A stretch of DNA of 64,000 nucleotides, taken from positions 16,065-80,064 of the forward strand of contig JBAZYH010000002.1 in assembly GCA_041659365.1 (NCBI GenBank), in the 5' to 3' direction. Position 1 is the stretch's first letter. Each line of letters begins with the position of its first letter. The notes under the pieces are model-generated. The model had not been told where the DNA came from and made no database searches. It was given only the letters and a program-made list of their open reading frames with translations. The DNA is from Minisyncoccota bacterium (GTDB lineage: Bacteria > Patescibacteriota > Minisyncoccia > Phycocordibacterales > GWA1-40-21). This document shows, piece by piece, positions 18,263 through 28,733 of this stretch. The translations under genes were made by a program, and so were the position numbers.

Positions 18263-18320
18263 AGTTAGTCATAGCCAAAAGCTCTTGAAATATCAAAGGT
18301 TTTTGGCTATGACTACTACG
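18263..18320. repeat. palindrome family 3 (TAGTCATAGCCAAAA-N20-TTTTGGCTATGACTA)
   Basis: cagttagtcatagccaaaagctcttgaaatatcaaaggtttttggctatgactactac. A second copy lies at 38068..38125, and both sit just upstream of GC-rich genes. Confidence 0.5.
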
Positions 18321-18353
18321 GTGGTAGTTGAATTTTAACTCGCTCACTTAAAA

Positions 18354-18998
18354 ATGAGCAAAACGAAAAAGGGTGACGTTATGCAAAACAAGACTTCATC
18401 TGTAGAACAGAAGTCTATGACAGAAGACCAAATCGAAGAGGTCGTTTCTGATTTAAGAGTGCTTCTCACGAAGCACTCAACCGAATTTACTTCGGAAGCG
18501 GTGCGACTCGCTCTTGAACAGTCTGGGTTTTTTGACAAGATGTTTCAGGCTTTTCGTCGGTGTGTCAAAACGGTCAGCGGTCTGATTATTTTTCACGTAG
18601 TAGTGGATCGTAAACAGGAACCAGTTGATGCCCTCAAGGCAACCGGTTGTGTTCTGAATTTCAATGACGCTGACGCAGAGATGATGCCGAAGGGTGATGG
18701 TGAAAAGACAGAAATTTTCTTCTTTAGGGTTGGGCGTAGTATCAATGATGACGAGTTGGATAAGGAATATAAACAGCATGGTTTTATACCAGCTGATCCA
18801 TATTCGTTGGCGAAGGTTGTTCAGGATAACAATACTTTTGCAAGCGAACACTCTATTGCCACTCACTGGAAGGATAAGAATGATAAGTGGTGTGTTGTCA
18901 GATTCAATAGTTGGGGTCACGAGCGTCGTGTGTATGTTGGCCGTAACTATGTTCGTTTTTGGTCTAAAAACTGGTGGTTTGCAGGTATTTGCAAGTAA
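18354..18998 (+). CDS. hypothetical protein on a GC-rich islet
   Basis: 214-aa ORF with strong coding periodicity. Local GC is far above the flanks. No recognisable domain. Confidence 0.5.
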   Translation: MSKTKKGDVMQNKTSSVEQKSMTEDQIEEVVSDLRVLLTKHSTEFTSEAVRLALEQSGFFDKMFQAFRRCVKTVSGLIIFHVVVDRKQEPVDALKATGCVLNFNDADAEMMPKGDGEKTEIFFFRVGRSINDDELDKEYKQHGFIPADPYSLAKVVQDNNTFASEHSIATHWKDKNDKWCVVRFNSWGHERRVYVGRNYVRFWSKNWWFAGICK

Positions 18999-19069
18999 TT
19001 AACTCGGACCTCGGTCCATACTCAATGCCCTTATTTAGCTTCGGCTAGGTGAGGGTGTTTTTCTTTTTA

Positions 19070-19105
19070 TAGGCACGGTTTGCGAAGCAAACCGTGCCTT
19101 TTCTT
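19070..19105. terminator. rho-independent terminator
   Basis: aggcacggtttgc-gaa-gcaaaccgtgcctttt. Confidence 0.6.
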
Positions 19106-19122
19106 TTGTATTTTTCTTTTTC

Positions 19123-19210
19123 GTCATTGCGAGGAAGTATTCTGACGTCGCAATCCATGATTCAATTAATTAACCTAGATTATTACGTCGGGTTACCTCC
19201 TCATAATGAC
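19123..19210. repeat. family 1 repeats, inverted pair
   Basis: gtcattgcgaggaagtattctgacgtcgcaatccatgatt, then the inverted aacctagattattacgtcgggttacctcctcataatgac. Confidence 0.55.
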
Positions 19211-19566
19211 GCAATACAATTTGCATTTTAGAACTTTTATGTTATTATCTCAACACATTATCTCGGTCGTGAGATATGTCGTTTTCAGGCAAAAGTGAGT
19301 AATCGATTTCAGTAGCTTTTAAAAAAGCATCTCAAACTGATCTCGGTGAAGAATTCACAATTGCCAAGTTAGAAAAATAAATTAGGCAAAAGATTATAAA
19401 TTTTATAACCTTGTTTATTTTTGTTTTTATTATTAGAAGTTTAAGGAGTGAAGGGATAATATTATTTTTTACCCCAGTGAAATATCTGCTAGACGCAGAT
19501 CAGAGCAGTAGCTCTATTTCACGGGGTGATGATTTTTATTGTCGCTTCGCTCTGTAAAAATCAATC

Positions 19567-19995
19567 ATGCCGACAATAAATCAGTTAATTAAACACAATA
19601 GAAAAACTGCTCCTAGAAAGCCAAAGTCAGTGGCTTTGATGAGAAGTTTTAACACATTGGAAAACAGACCAACAAAACTCTGTTCTCCATTTAAGAGAGG
19701 AGTTTGTATAAAGGTTACTACAAAGACACCTAAGAAACCTAACTCAGCTATCAGAAAGATCGCTAGGGTAAGACTTTCTAATGGTATGGAAGTTACAGCT
19801 TATATCCCAGGTATGGGACATAACTTACAAGAACACTCTGTTGTTCTTCTAAGAGGTGGAAGAGTTAAAGACGTAGGTCTTAGATATCAGGTTGTAAGAG
19901 GAGTTCTAGACGCAGGAGGAGTAGAAGGAAGAAGAAAGGGTCGTAGCCAATACGGTGCAAAGAAGCCAAAGGCAGGCGCTGTTAAAGCAAAGTAA
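19567..19995 (+). CDS. rpsL: 30S ribosomal protein S12
   Basis: [13 protein letters not shown]...PKKPNSA...RGGRVKDLPGVRY is classic uS12. Confidence 0.95.
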   Translation: MPTINQLIKHNRKTAPRKPKSVALMRSFNTLENRPTKLCSPFKRGVCIKVTTKTPKKPNSAIRKIARVRLSNGMEVTAYIPGMGHNLQEHSVVLLRGGRVKDVGLRYQVVRGVLDAGGVEGRRKGRSQYGAKKPKAGAVKAK

Positions 19996-20088
19996 ATTTA
20001 AATAGATTAAGGATTCATGATTCAGGATTTAAGAATAAGAAATTATTTCATAAATCATGAATCTTAAATCATAAATCATCCTAAAATC

Positions 20089-20559
20089 ATGAGAAGAAAA
20101 ATTAAACCTAATAAACCGTTAAGATTAGACTACGAATATAAATCTGAAAAAGTTGCAAAACTTATAAATTATATTATGTATGACGGTAAGAAAAGCGTTG
20201 CAGAGAGAATAATCCACGATATGCTTGATATTATAAAAGAGAAGGGAAAGGTAAAAAATCCCATAGAAATACTCGAACTTGCTCTTTCTAATACAGCTCC
20301 AAACATGGAAATCAGATCAAGAAGAGTTGGGGGTGCAAACTACCAAGTTCCTGTAGAAGTTAGACCAACAAGAAGAGCTGCTCTTTCAATGAAATGGATT
20401 ATAGATGCAGCAAGATCAAAGAAAGGTGCTCCAATATCAGAAAAACTTGCTAATGAAATACTAGCAGCTTCAAAGAATGAAGGTGAAGCAGTAAAGAAGA
20501 GAGAAAATACTCATAAGATGGCTGAGGCTAACAAGGCCTTTGCTCACTTCGCCTGGTAG
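20089..20559 (+). CDS. rpsG: 30S ribosomal protein S7
   Basis: uS7 motifs: [12 protein letters not shown]..., [23 protein letters not shown]. Confidence 0.95.
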   Translation: [156 protein letters not shown]

Positions 20560-20749
20560 TATTTCATTATAATTTAACGACTTACTTCGTTGGTTGGTAA
20601 AATTTTTTCACGTGCAGTACATTTAAGTACAGCTTGCTCAAAAATTTTACCACCGCCTCGTAATTCATTTAAATTATAAAGAAATTCATTAGAGTGAAGT
20701 TGAAGAGTATAAACTATTTTAGAATTTATTAATTTAATTGTTATTATAA

Positions 20750-22912
20750 ATGAAAAGAGATTATCCATTAGAAAAAGTAAGAAATTTTGGAATTATTGCG
20801 CACATTGATGCGGGTAAAACTACAACTTCAGAAAGAATTCTCTACTACACTGGTAAAAACCATAAGATCGGTGAAGTTCACGAAGGTGAAACTACAACTG
20901 ACTGGATGGAACAAGAAAGAGAAAGAGGTATTACTATATGTTCAGCTGCTATTACTTGTTTTTGGACACCTACACATGTAGTTGATAAAAAAAATACAGA
21001 TCTTAAAATAAGATTCAATATTATTGATACCCCCGGCCACATCGACTTTACTGCAGAAGTTAAGCGTTCTCTCAGAGTGCTTGATGGAGCTGTTGTTGTA
21101 TTTGACGGAGTTGCTGGTGTTGAACCACAATCAGAAACAAACTGGAGATATGCTGATGAAGGAAAAGTTCCAAGACTTTGTCTTATAAACAAACTAGATA
21201 GAACTGGAGGAAGTTTTGAAAGATCATACCAATCAATTTTAGAAAGACTTACAAAAGCTGCTGTAAGAATGCAACTTCCTATTGGAGCTGAATCAGATTT
21301 CAACGGAATAATAAGTCTTATGGAAATGAGAGCTTACTATTTTGATGGTGAAATGGGAGATCATATAAGAGAAGAAGAAATTCCAGCAGATCTTTTGGAA
21401 GAAGCAAAGAAATATAGAATGGAGCTTGTAGAAAAAATTGCTGAGCAAGATGAGGTCCTTATGAATGATTATCTTGAAGGAAAAGAAATCGGAATTCCTG
21501 ACCTTAAGAAAGTTTTGAGAAAAGCAACAATTGATAATACAATTGTTCCTGTGTTTATAGGTTCTGCTTTGAAAAATAAAGGAATTCAATTAGTGCTTGA
21601 TGGTGTTGTTGACTATCTTCCATCTCCACTTGATATTCCTGCTGTAAAAGGTATAGATCCAAGAAATGGAGAAGAAGTTTTGAGACATGCTTCAGACGAA
21701 GAACCTTTTTGTGCTCTCGCTTTTAAACTTCAGAACGATCCATTCGTAGGTCAGCTTACATATTTTAGAGTTTATTCTGGTAGTATTTCTTCTGGTACAT
21801 ATATTTACAATTCTACAACTGGTGAAAAAGAAAGACTAGGAAGAATTGTTCGTATGCATGCAAATGATAGGGAAGATGTTGAAACAGTTTTTGCTGGAGA
21901 AATCGCAGCTGCTGTAGGTCTTAAAGGAGTAAAGACAAGTCACACACTTTGTGATGAAAGCAACCCAATACTTCTTGATCAAATCGTATTCCCAGAGCCA
22001 GTTATTACTTTGAGAGTTGAACCAAAGACAAAAGCAGACCAAGAGAAAATGGGATTTGCTTTGAAGAAACTTTCAGATGAAGATCCAACATTTAAAATAA
22101 AATCTGATCCAGAGACAGGCGAAACTGTTATGGCTGGTATGGGAGAGCTCCACCTTGAAATTCTCGTAGATAGAATGAAGAGAGAATTCGGAGTTGAGGC
22201 AAACGTTGGTAAACCACAGGTTGCTTATAAAGAAACTATTACTGGAGAAGCTGAAAAAGAAGAGAAATACATTAAGCAGTCTGGAGGTAAGGGTCAATAT
22301 GGTCACGTTCTTATTAAAATCAGACCTATGCAACCTCTTGAAGAGGGTGCAAAGATTCCTAAGAATGTTAGCAGATATGATGACTTTGAATTTATTAACT
22401 CTATTAAAGGAGGTGTTATTCCAAACGAATTTATTCCTGCGGTTGAAAAAGGAGTAAAGGAAAGTATGGAAAGAGGTATTCTTGCTGGTTATAAAGTTGT
22501 GAATGTTTCTTGTGAGCTTACATTCGGTTCTTACCATGATGTTGACTCATCAGAAATTGCTTACAAAGTTGCAGCTTCTATGGCTTTTCAAGATGCAGCA
22601 AAGAGAGCAAGACCTGTTATTCTTGAGCCTGTCATGAAGGTTGAGGTTGTTACACCAGAGAAGTTCATGGGAGACGTTTCTGGAAGTATTAACTCAAGAA
22701 GAGGTCAAATAATTGAAATGTTTGATAGAGGAATGAACAAAGTTATTAAAGCAAATGTTCCTCTTTCTGAAATGTTTGGTTATGTTACAACACTTAGATC
22801 ACTTTCTGAGGGAAGAGCTTCATCTACTATGGAATTTGGAAGCTACGAAGTTGTTCCACCAAATGTCGCTAAAGAGATTATTGAAGCACGTGGTACAGCT
22901 CCAGTGAAATAA
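20750..22912 (+). CDS. fusA: elongation factor G
   Basis: AHIDAGKTTTSERIL, DTPGHIDFT, and the full five-domain length of 720 aa. Confidence 0.95.
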   Translation: MKRDYPLEKVRNFGIIAHIDAGKTTTSERILYYTGKNHKIGEVHEGETTTDWMEQERERGITICSAAITCFWTPTHVVDKKNTDLKIRFNIIDTPGHIDFTAEVKRSLRVLDGAVVVFDGVAGVEPQSETNWRYADEGKVPRLCLINKLDRTGGSFERSYQSILERLTKAAVRMQLPIGAESDFNGIISLMEMRAYYFDGEMGDHIREEEIPADLLEEAKKYRMELVEKIAEQDEVLMNDYLEGKEIGIPDLKKVLRKATIDNTIVPVFIGSALKNKGIQLVLDGVVDYLPSPLDIPAVKGIDPRNGEEVLRHASDEEPFCALAFKLQNDPFVGQLTYFRVYSGSISSGTYIYNSTTGEKERLGRIVRMHANDREDVETVFAGEIAAAVGLKGVKTSHTLCDESNPILLDQIVFPEPVITLRVEPKTKADQEKMGFALKKLSDEDPTFKIKSDPETGETVMAGMGELHLEILVDRMKREFGVEANVGKPQVAYKETITGEAEKEEKYIKQSGGKGQYGHVLIKIRPMQPLEEGAKIPKNVSRYDDFEFINSIKGGVIPNEFIPAVEKGVKESMERGILAGYKVVNVSCELTFGSYHDVDSSEIAYKVAASMAFQDAAKRARPVILEPVMKVEVVTPEKFMGDVSGSINSRRGQIIEMFDRGMNKVIKANVPLSEMFGYVTTLRSLSEGRASSTMEFGSYEVVPPNVAKEIIEARGTAPVK

Positions 22913-22971
22913 AAAGAATATTGAATAGTGAATGTAGAATATAGGATAATAAAATACAAACACAAAAAAAG

Positions 22972-22998
22972 TACGCCCCAATGGGGCGCGCTTTTTTT
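22972..22998. terminator. rho-independent terminator after fusA
   Basis: cgcccc-aat-ggggcg followed by a T-run. Confidence 0.5.
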
Positions 22999-23071
22999 GT
23001 GTTTGTATTGCTTAATAAATATTGAGGGGTATAATTACTTGGTGTAATTTACAAGCTAATATTAATTAATA

Positions 23072-23881
23072 ATGAAAAAATATTTTCTAGGTTTGTTTTG
23101 TCTCCTTACATTTGCTTCAGTATTTTTTGTTGGAGTAAATAGTTCTTATGCATTAGTATCTGGGGCTAATACAAAATATGACTTTAATAAAGATGGTAAG
23201 ATTGACATAAGAGATGTTCAGGATATTTCTGAGGTCATTGATCAAAAAGACAACTCTGCTGACTTTGATCTAAATAGTGATAATAAGGTTGATATAAAAG
23301 ATTTGAAAATTCTCAGAGCTAAAGCAGGTGCCTCACAGTTCGATTTCAACAGAGACGGTAGAGTTGATATTAAAGATGTTCAGGATATTTCTGAGGCTAT
23401 TGATCAAAAAAACAACTATGCTTACTTTGATCTAAACAGTGATGGAAAAGTTGATATAAAAGATTTAAAAATTCTTAGGGCCAAAGCGGGTGTCTCACAG
23501 TTTGATTTCAACAGAGACGGTAAAGTTGATATTAAAGATGTTGATGATATTTCTGAGGCTATTGATCAAAAAAACAACTATGCTTACTTTGATCTAAACA
23601 GTGATGGAAAGGTTGATATAAAAGATTTAAAAATTCTTAGGGCCAAAGCGGGTGTCTCACAGTTTGATTTCAACAGAGACGGTAAGACTGATGTTGAAGA
23701 TGTTGATGATATTTCTGAGGCTATTGATCAAAAAAACAACTATGCTTACTTTGATCTAAACAGTGATGGAAAAGTTGATATAAAAGATTTGAAAATCTTA
23801 AAATCAAAAGTTAAGACCCTTGGTGTGAGTCAATCTTTAGTTTCAAAAATAATGGCTAGTGTTTTAGAAGCATTTAAATAG
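23072..23881 (+). CDS. secreted dockerin-like (Ca-binding) repeat protein
   Basis: Signal peptide followed by eight DxNxDGK(V/I)D(I)xD dockerin/EF-hand-like segments. The DNA is four near-identical tandem repeats of about 183 bp (about 23300-23810). Confidence 0.65.
   Translation: MKKYFLGLFCLLTFASVFFVGVNSSYALVSGANTKYDFNKDGKIDIRDVQDISEVIDQKDNSADFDLNSDNKVDIKDLKILRAKAGASQFDFNRDGRVDIKDVQDISEAIDQKNNYAYFDLNSDGKVDIKDLKILRAKAGVSQFDFNRDGKVDIKDVDDISEAIDQKNNYAYFDLNSDGKVDIKDLKILRAKAGVSQFDFNRDGKTDVEDVDDISEAIDQKNNYAYFDLNSDGKVDIKDLKILKSKVKTLGVSQSLVSKIMASVLEAFK
23300..23810. repeat. four tandem repeats of about 183 bp inside the dockerin-like gene
   Basis: Near-identical units, each encoding FD(F/L)N(R/S)DG(K/R)VDIKDV..ISEAIDQKNNYAYFDLNSDGKVDIKDLKILRAKAG. 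Confidence 0.6.
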
Positions 23882-24213
23882 ATGAAGTTATTGAGCTTTT
23901 AAAACTTTTAAAGTAAAGGAAAGATATAAAAATAGGGCTACCTTTGGTAGCCCTATTTTTATATTTGGAAATCAACTTTCTGATGTTGACCTTTTGTGCT
24001 TCTTTTGCTATTATTCGAGATACGCATTTTGTGCGCTTTTTAGTTTATTATTAATTTAAAAAAAAGACTAAAAAACACGAGTTGCAAGTCGTAATTTTAT
24101 AAGTTTCCCAGTTCGCCTGTAGGTGAATGATGGGAGTTAATCAAATTAGCTGGTTTTATGGGCAGAGAGAGCGTTCTCGCGCGTTCTGTTTATAGAATCA
24201 GCAAAAAATAAAT

Positions 24214-25416
24214 ATGGCAGAATTTTTAAGAGACAAACCACACGTAAACGTTGGTACAATTGGTCACATTGACCACGGGAAGACAACATTGACTGCAGCT
24301 ATTACTTATATACAGTCATTGAAAGGTTTAGCAAATCACATCGCTTACGATCAAGTTGCTAAGGCTTCTGAAAGTGCTGGTAGAAGAGATTCCACAAAAA
24401 TCATTACTATCGCAATTTCTCACGTTGAATATTCATCAGATGCAAGACACTATGCTCACGTTGACTGTCCTGGTCACGCTGACTATGTTAAGAACATGAT
24501 TACTGGTGCTGCCCAAATGGACGGTGCTATACTCGTTGTTTCTGCAGTTGATGGCCCTATGCCACAAACAAGAGAACACATACTTTTGGCAAAACAAGTT
24601 GGTGTGCCAAAGATAGTAGTATTCTTAAACAAAGTTGACCTAGTCGACGATGCAGATCTTTTGGATCTTGTCGAAGTTGAAGTTAGAGAACTTTTGACAA
24701 AATATGGTTTTGATGGAGACAATGCTCCTATTGTTAGGGGTTCTGCTACTGGTGCTCTTGCATGTAAGAGTCCAGATGAACCAGGTGCAAAATGTATTGC
24801 AGATCTTTTGACTGCTCTTGATACATACATTCCTATGCCAGAAAGAGATATCGATAAGCCTTTTCTTATGCCTATTGAAGATATCTTCTCAATTGAAGGT
24901 AGAGGAACTGTTGTTACTGGAAGAATTGAGAGAGGACAAATTAAAGTTGGTGAAGAAGTAGAAATCGTTGGTATTAGAGCAACTGCAAAAACTATCGTTA
25001 CTGGTATTGAAATGTTTAATAAACAACTTCAATCTGGTATGGCTGGTGATAATGCTGGTCTTCTTCTAAGAGGTACAAAGAAAGAGGATGTTACAAGAGG
25101 TCAAGTTTTAGCAAAAATTGGTTCAGTTACTCCTCACACAGACTTTGAAGCTGAAGTTTACGTTTTGAAGAAGGAAGAAGGTGGAAGACACACTCCATTC
25201 TTCTCAGGTTACAAACCACAATTCTATATGAGAACTACAGACGTTACAGGAGATGTTACTCTAGCAGAAGGTGTTGAAATGGTTATGCCAGGAGATACAG
25301 TTACTTTTAAAGTTAAACTTGTTGCCCCAGTTGCTATTGAAGACAAGATGAGATTTGCTATCAGAGAGGGGGGAAAAACAGTCGGTTCAGGAGTTATAAC
25401 AAAAGTTATAGCGTAA
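24214..25416 (+). CDS. tuf: elongation factor Tu (with an atypical switch-I segment)
   Basis: [31 protein letters not shown], and the C-terminal beta-barrel domains are all present. Switch I reads [20 protein letters not shown] instead of the canonical [13 protein letters not shown]. Confidence 0.95.
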   Translation: MAEFLRDKPHVNVGTIGHIDHGKTTLTAAITYIQSLKGLANHIAYDQVAKASESAGRRDSTKIITIAISHVEYSSDARHYAHVDCPGHADYVKNMITGAAQMDGAILVVSAVDGPMPQTREHILLAKQVGVPKIVVFLNKVDLVDDADLLDLVEVEVRELLTKYGFDGDNAPIVRGSATGALACKSPDEPGAKCIADLLTALDTYIPMPERDIDKPFLMPIEDIFSIEGRGTVVTGRIERGQIKVGEEVEIVGIRATAKTIVTGIEMFNKQLQSGMAGDNAGLLLRGTKKEDVTRGQVLAKIGSVTPHTDFEAEVYVLKKEEGGRHTPFFSGYKPQFYMRTTDVTGDVTLAEGVEMVMPGDTVTFKVKLVAPVAIEDKMRFAIREGGKTVGSGVITKVIA

Positions 25417-25526
25417 GAAAATAACGAGCGTAGCGAATATCCCAGTACCACAACTTTACTGAAAGGTAAAGTTGGCTACGGGACAAGTATTTTCTACTTG
25501 TAATTCGTTCTGTTCATTAAAAATCA

Positions 25527-25901
25527 ATGGCAACAAAAACAACAAAAAAGAATACAGGCGCAAAAGCAACGAAATTATCTGAAAAAGGAGAAGCTTCTTC
25601 TATGTTGAGGATAAGAGTAAGAGCTTATGATAGTAAAATTCTTGATGCTTCAGTTAAACAAATTATTGAAACAGCCTCAAGATTTGATGTCAAGGTTGTT
25701 GGACCTGTTCCACTACCTACAGAAATCAAAAAGTACACTGTGAACAGAGCATCTTTCGTCTACAAAAATGCGCGAGAACAATTTGAGATGAGAATACACA
25801 GAAGGTTGATAGATATTATAAATCCATCAGCTAAAGTTGTAGAAGCTCTGACAAACATGAGTTTGCCATCAGGTGTGAATATTGATGTGAAAATGGTCTA
25901 A
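25527..25901 (+). CDS. rpsJ: 30S ribosomal protein S10 (possible start at 25602)
   Basis: MLRIRVRAYDSKILD...PLPTEIKKYTVNRASFVYKNAREQFEMRIHRRLIDI is uS10. The Lys/Thr-rich 25-aa N-terminal extension may not be translated. Confidence 0.9.
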   Translation: MATKTTKKNTGAKATKLSEKGEASSMLRIRVRAYDSKILDASVKQIIETASRFDVKVVGPVPLPTEIKKYTVNRASFVYKNAREQFEMRIHRRLIDIINPSAKVVEALTNMSLPSGVNIDVKMV

Positions 25902-25985
25902 AATATATTGGCGGATATGATCTTACAAACCGAGTTTCTTTAAGGAACTCGGTTTGTAAAATCCACTATCTATAATAAAAACTGT

Positions 25986-26591
25986 ATGAAATTTATACTC
26001 GGTACAAAACAGAATATGACCCAGATCTTTGATGAGAAGGGAAAGGTACATCCTGCTACTATTTTAGTAGCAGGACCTTTAACCGTGACTCAAATAAAAA
26101 ACAAAGAGACTGATGGTTACAATGCTGTTCAGGTTGGATTTGGAAGTAGAAATGATAAAAATATAAACAAACCTCTTAAGGGTCACTTAAATGGAACAAA
26201 TGCAAGATTTTTAAAAGAATTTTGTGTTGAAGACCTTTCAAGCTTTAAAGTTGGTGATAGCATAGACCTTTCTGGTTTTTCAGCAGGGGATGTTATTGAG
26301 GTATCTGCAATTTCAAAAGGAAAAGGATATCAGAGCGTTATTAAGAGGCATGGTTTCAAGGGTCAACCAAGAAGTCATGGACAGAAGCACTGTGAAAATG
26401 CACCAGGATCTATTGGAGGTGGACTAAGAAACAGAGTTCCAAAAGGTATGAGAATGGCTGGAAGAATGGGTGCAGACAGAATAACAGTTAAGAATTTGAA
26501 AGTTCTTGGTGTCGACAAGGATAATAATCAGCTCGTGATAAGCGGCGCAATACCTGGAAGAAGAGGTACCCTCGTCGAAGTTCGCGGTTAA
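25986..26591 (+). CDS. rplC: 50S ribosomal protein L3
   Basis: uL3 motifs: GTKQNMTQIFDEKGK.., FKGQPRSHGQK.. Confidence 0.9.
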   Translation: MKFILGTKQNMTQIFDEKGKVHPATILVAGPLTVTQIKNKETDGYNAVQVGFGSRNDKNINKPLKGHLNGTNARFLKEFCVEDLSSFKVGDSIDLSGFSAGDVIEVSAISKGKGYQSVIKRHGFKGQPRSHGQKHCENAPGSIGGGLRNRVPKGMRMAGRMGADRITVKNLKVLGVDKDNNQLVISGAIPGRRGTLVEVRG

Positions 26592-26608
26592 TTTTCTAAA
26601 ATACTATT

Positions 26609-27331
26609 ATGGAAAAGAAAACAAAAAAAATAGAAAAGAAAGCGAAAATTTCTGAAGTATCTCCTGCAAAAGTTTACAGTCAGGAAGGAAAAGAAGTTGG
26701 AGAAGTTAAATTACCTGGAAATGTATTTGGTCTTTCATGGAATGCTGACTTAGTGCAACAAGTTGTTGCATCGATGCTTTCTGCTTCAAGAGTTACTTAC
26801 GCTCACACAAAAGATAGATCACAGGTTAGTGGAGGAGGTAAAAAACCTTGGAAACAAAAAGGTTTAGGAAGAGCAAGACACGGTTCCTCAAGATCACCAA
26901 TCTGGGTTGGTGGAGGTGTTGCTCATGGTCCAAATACTTTAAAGAATTATGACAGAAAGATAAACAAAAAGATGAAGATAAAAGCTCTTTATACTATTCT
27001 TTCAAAAAAGTTTAAGGATGGAGAAGTTATCTTTATTGATAAGTTTGAAATTGCAAAACCAAAAACTACTGATGCTATTTCTATATTGAAATCATTGAGT
27101 AAAATTGATGCTTGTTCAAATATTTTTACTAAGAGAAAGAATAGTGCAATAATTGCTATTTCAGGTAAAAAATCTGCTTTTGAAAAGAGTTTTTCTAATA
27201 TTGGAAATGTTGAGGTTGATGAAGTTAGAAATATTAATCCTATAGATTTGTTAAATACAAAGTATATTGTGATTGAAAATCCAGAAGAGTCGATAAAATT
27301 TATTGAAAATAAGATGGCAAATGCCAAATAA
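26609..27331 (+). CDS. rplD: 50S ribosomal protein L4 (with a C-terminal extension)
   Basis: uL4 core (..HTKDRSQVSGGGKKPWKQKGLGRARHGS..) plus about 40 extra C-terminal residues. Confidence 0.85.
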   Translation: MEKKTKKIEKKAKISEVSPAKVYSQEGKEVGEVKLPGNVFGLSWNADLVQQVVASMLSASRVTYAHTKDRSQVSGGGKKPWKQKGLGRARHGSSRSPIWVGGGVAHGPNTLKNYDRKINKKMKIKALYTILSKKFKDGEVIFIDKFEIAKPKTTDAISILKSLSKIDACSNIFTKRKNSAIIAISGKKSAFEKSFSNIGNVEVDEVRNINPIDLLNTKYIVIENPEESIKFIENKMANAK

Positions 27332-27635
27332 TTTTATGAAAAACTCAATAGAAAAAAAGAATACTTTGTCAGTCATAAAGAATCCAAGAATAACAGAAAA
27401 ATCTGGTATTAAGGCTGAATCACAAAATATTTACACTTTTGAAGTGATAAAAGCAGCAACAAAGACAACTATTAAAGAAGCGATAAAAGATCTTTATAAA
27501 GTTACACCAGTTAAGATTAATATTGTTAATCTTCCTGCAAAGAATATTACCTCAAGAGGTAAGAGGGGGGTTAAACAGTCTGTAAAAAAGGCGGTCGTAT
27601 ATCTTAAAAAAGGAGATAAAATAGCATTTATATAA
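27303..27635 (+). CDS. rplW: 50S ribosomal protein L23 (start uncertain, 27303-27336)
   Basis: uL23: ..IKNPRITEKS.., TFEVIKAATKTTIKEAIKDLYKV.. Overlaps the rplD end. Confidence 0.8.
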   Translation: MKIRWQMPNNFMKNSIEKKNTLSVIKNPRITEKSGIKAESQNIYTFEVIKAATKTTIKEAIKDLYKVTPVKINIVNLPAKNITSRGKRGVKQSVKKAVVYLKKGDKIAFI

Positions 27636-27639
27636 TAAT

Positions 27640-28491
27640 ATGAAATTCTATAAACCAACATCAGCAGCAGTAAGAAACATGTCCACTGTTACATACAGGG
27701 GTGTTATTACAACAAATACGCCAGAAAAATCTCTTACAAAAGGATATAAGGCAAAAGGAGGAAGAAACAATAGGGGAAGAATTACAGCAAAACATCAAGG
27801 AGGTGGAAACAAAAAACTTTTTAGAGATGTAGACTTCGTTTATGCTAAAAAAGATATACCAGCAGTTATAAAGACTGTTGAATATGATCCATATAGAACA
27901 GGTTTTATCGGCTTAGCTTTTTATGCAGATGGTGATAAAAAATATGTTTTATTACCAAAAACTATGAAAGTAGGTGATAAGTTCTTGGTTTCTGAAGGAG
28001 CAGAACTTAAGGTTGGAAACAGAGTTCCTTTGAAAAAAATACCAGTTGGTACTTTTGTTTACAATGTTGAAGTAAAGATTGGAGGAGGTGCAAAACTTTG
28101 TAGATCAGCAGGTAACTTTGGACAAATAGTTGCAAATGATTCTGGATATGTTCACGTTAAACTTCCATCTACAGAAATTAGAAAAATTCCTGAAAATGCA
28201 TGGGCATGTATTGGAAATGTTTCAAATGATGAACAATGGCTTGTAAATATTGGTAAGGCAGGAAGATCAAGATGGCTTGGTATAAGACCAACTGTTAGAG
28301 CTTCTGCTATGAACCCAGTAGACCATCCATACGGTGGAGGTGAAGGAAGACAAGGTAGAGGTTTGAGATTTGCTAAGACAGCTACAGGTAGACACGTTGG
28401 AAAAGGACAAAAATCAAGAACTCCTAAGAAGTATTCAAATCATCTTATCGTCTCAAGAAGAAAGGTTGGAAAAGCGAAGAGTGGTAAATAG
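27640..28491 (+). CDS. rplB: 50S ribosomal protein L2
   Basis: uL2: ..GGGNKKLFR.., NPVDHPYGGGEGR. Confidence 0.95.
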   Translation: MKFYKPTSAAVRNMSTVTYRGVITTNTPEKSLTKGYKAKGGRNNRGRITAKHQGGGNKKLFRDVDFVYAKKDIPAVIKTVEYDPYRTGFIGLAFYADGDKKYVLLPKTMKVGDKFLVSEGAELKVGNRVPLKKIPVGTFVYNVEVKIGGGAKLCRSAGNFGQIVANDSGYVHVKLPSTEIRKIPENAWACIGNVSNDEQWLVNIGKAGRSRWLGIRPTVRASAMNPVDHPYGGGEGRQGRGLRFAKTATGRHVGKGQKSRTPKKYSNHLIVSRRKVGKAKSGK

Positions 28492-28503
28492 TAAAAAATA
28501 CTT

Positions 28504-28543
28504 AAACAAAACAAAAATCCCGAAAGGGATTTTTGTTTTGTTT
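28504..28543. terminator. rho-independent terminator ending the truncated S10 operon after rplB
   Basis: aaacaaaacaaaaatccc-gaaa-gggatttttgttttgttt. Confidence 0.65.
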
Positions 28544-28733
28544 AAGCTTTACTTTTTCTATAAATCTGCTATTATTAATAAGTAAAGGCCAAAGACAGCC
28601 AGTTATCCGAAAGGATTATAAATGATTTAAAATGATAGTTATATTGTTTTGGTCAAGCTAGCCGAGGTCAACTCTATTAGTTAGAGGCCTTTTATATAAG
28701 GTCGATTTTTTATTTTTAAAATTAAAATTATTC

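Noticed and set aside
18477-19002. 147-aa minus ORF and 102-aa plus ORF overlapping gene 18354..18998
   Set aside because: Shadow ORFs within the GC-rich islet gene. The main frame has the better start context.
20878-22537. Several 60-150-aa ORFs on both strands inside fusA
   Set aside because: They are internal to the unmistakable EF-G reading frame.
28560-28733. L10 (rplJ) autoregulatory leader structure
   Set aside because: Some hairpins are present, but I could not match the conserved L10-leader kink-turn/bulge motif by eye. It is left unannotated.
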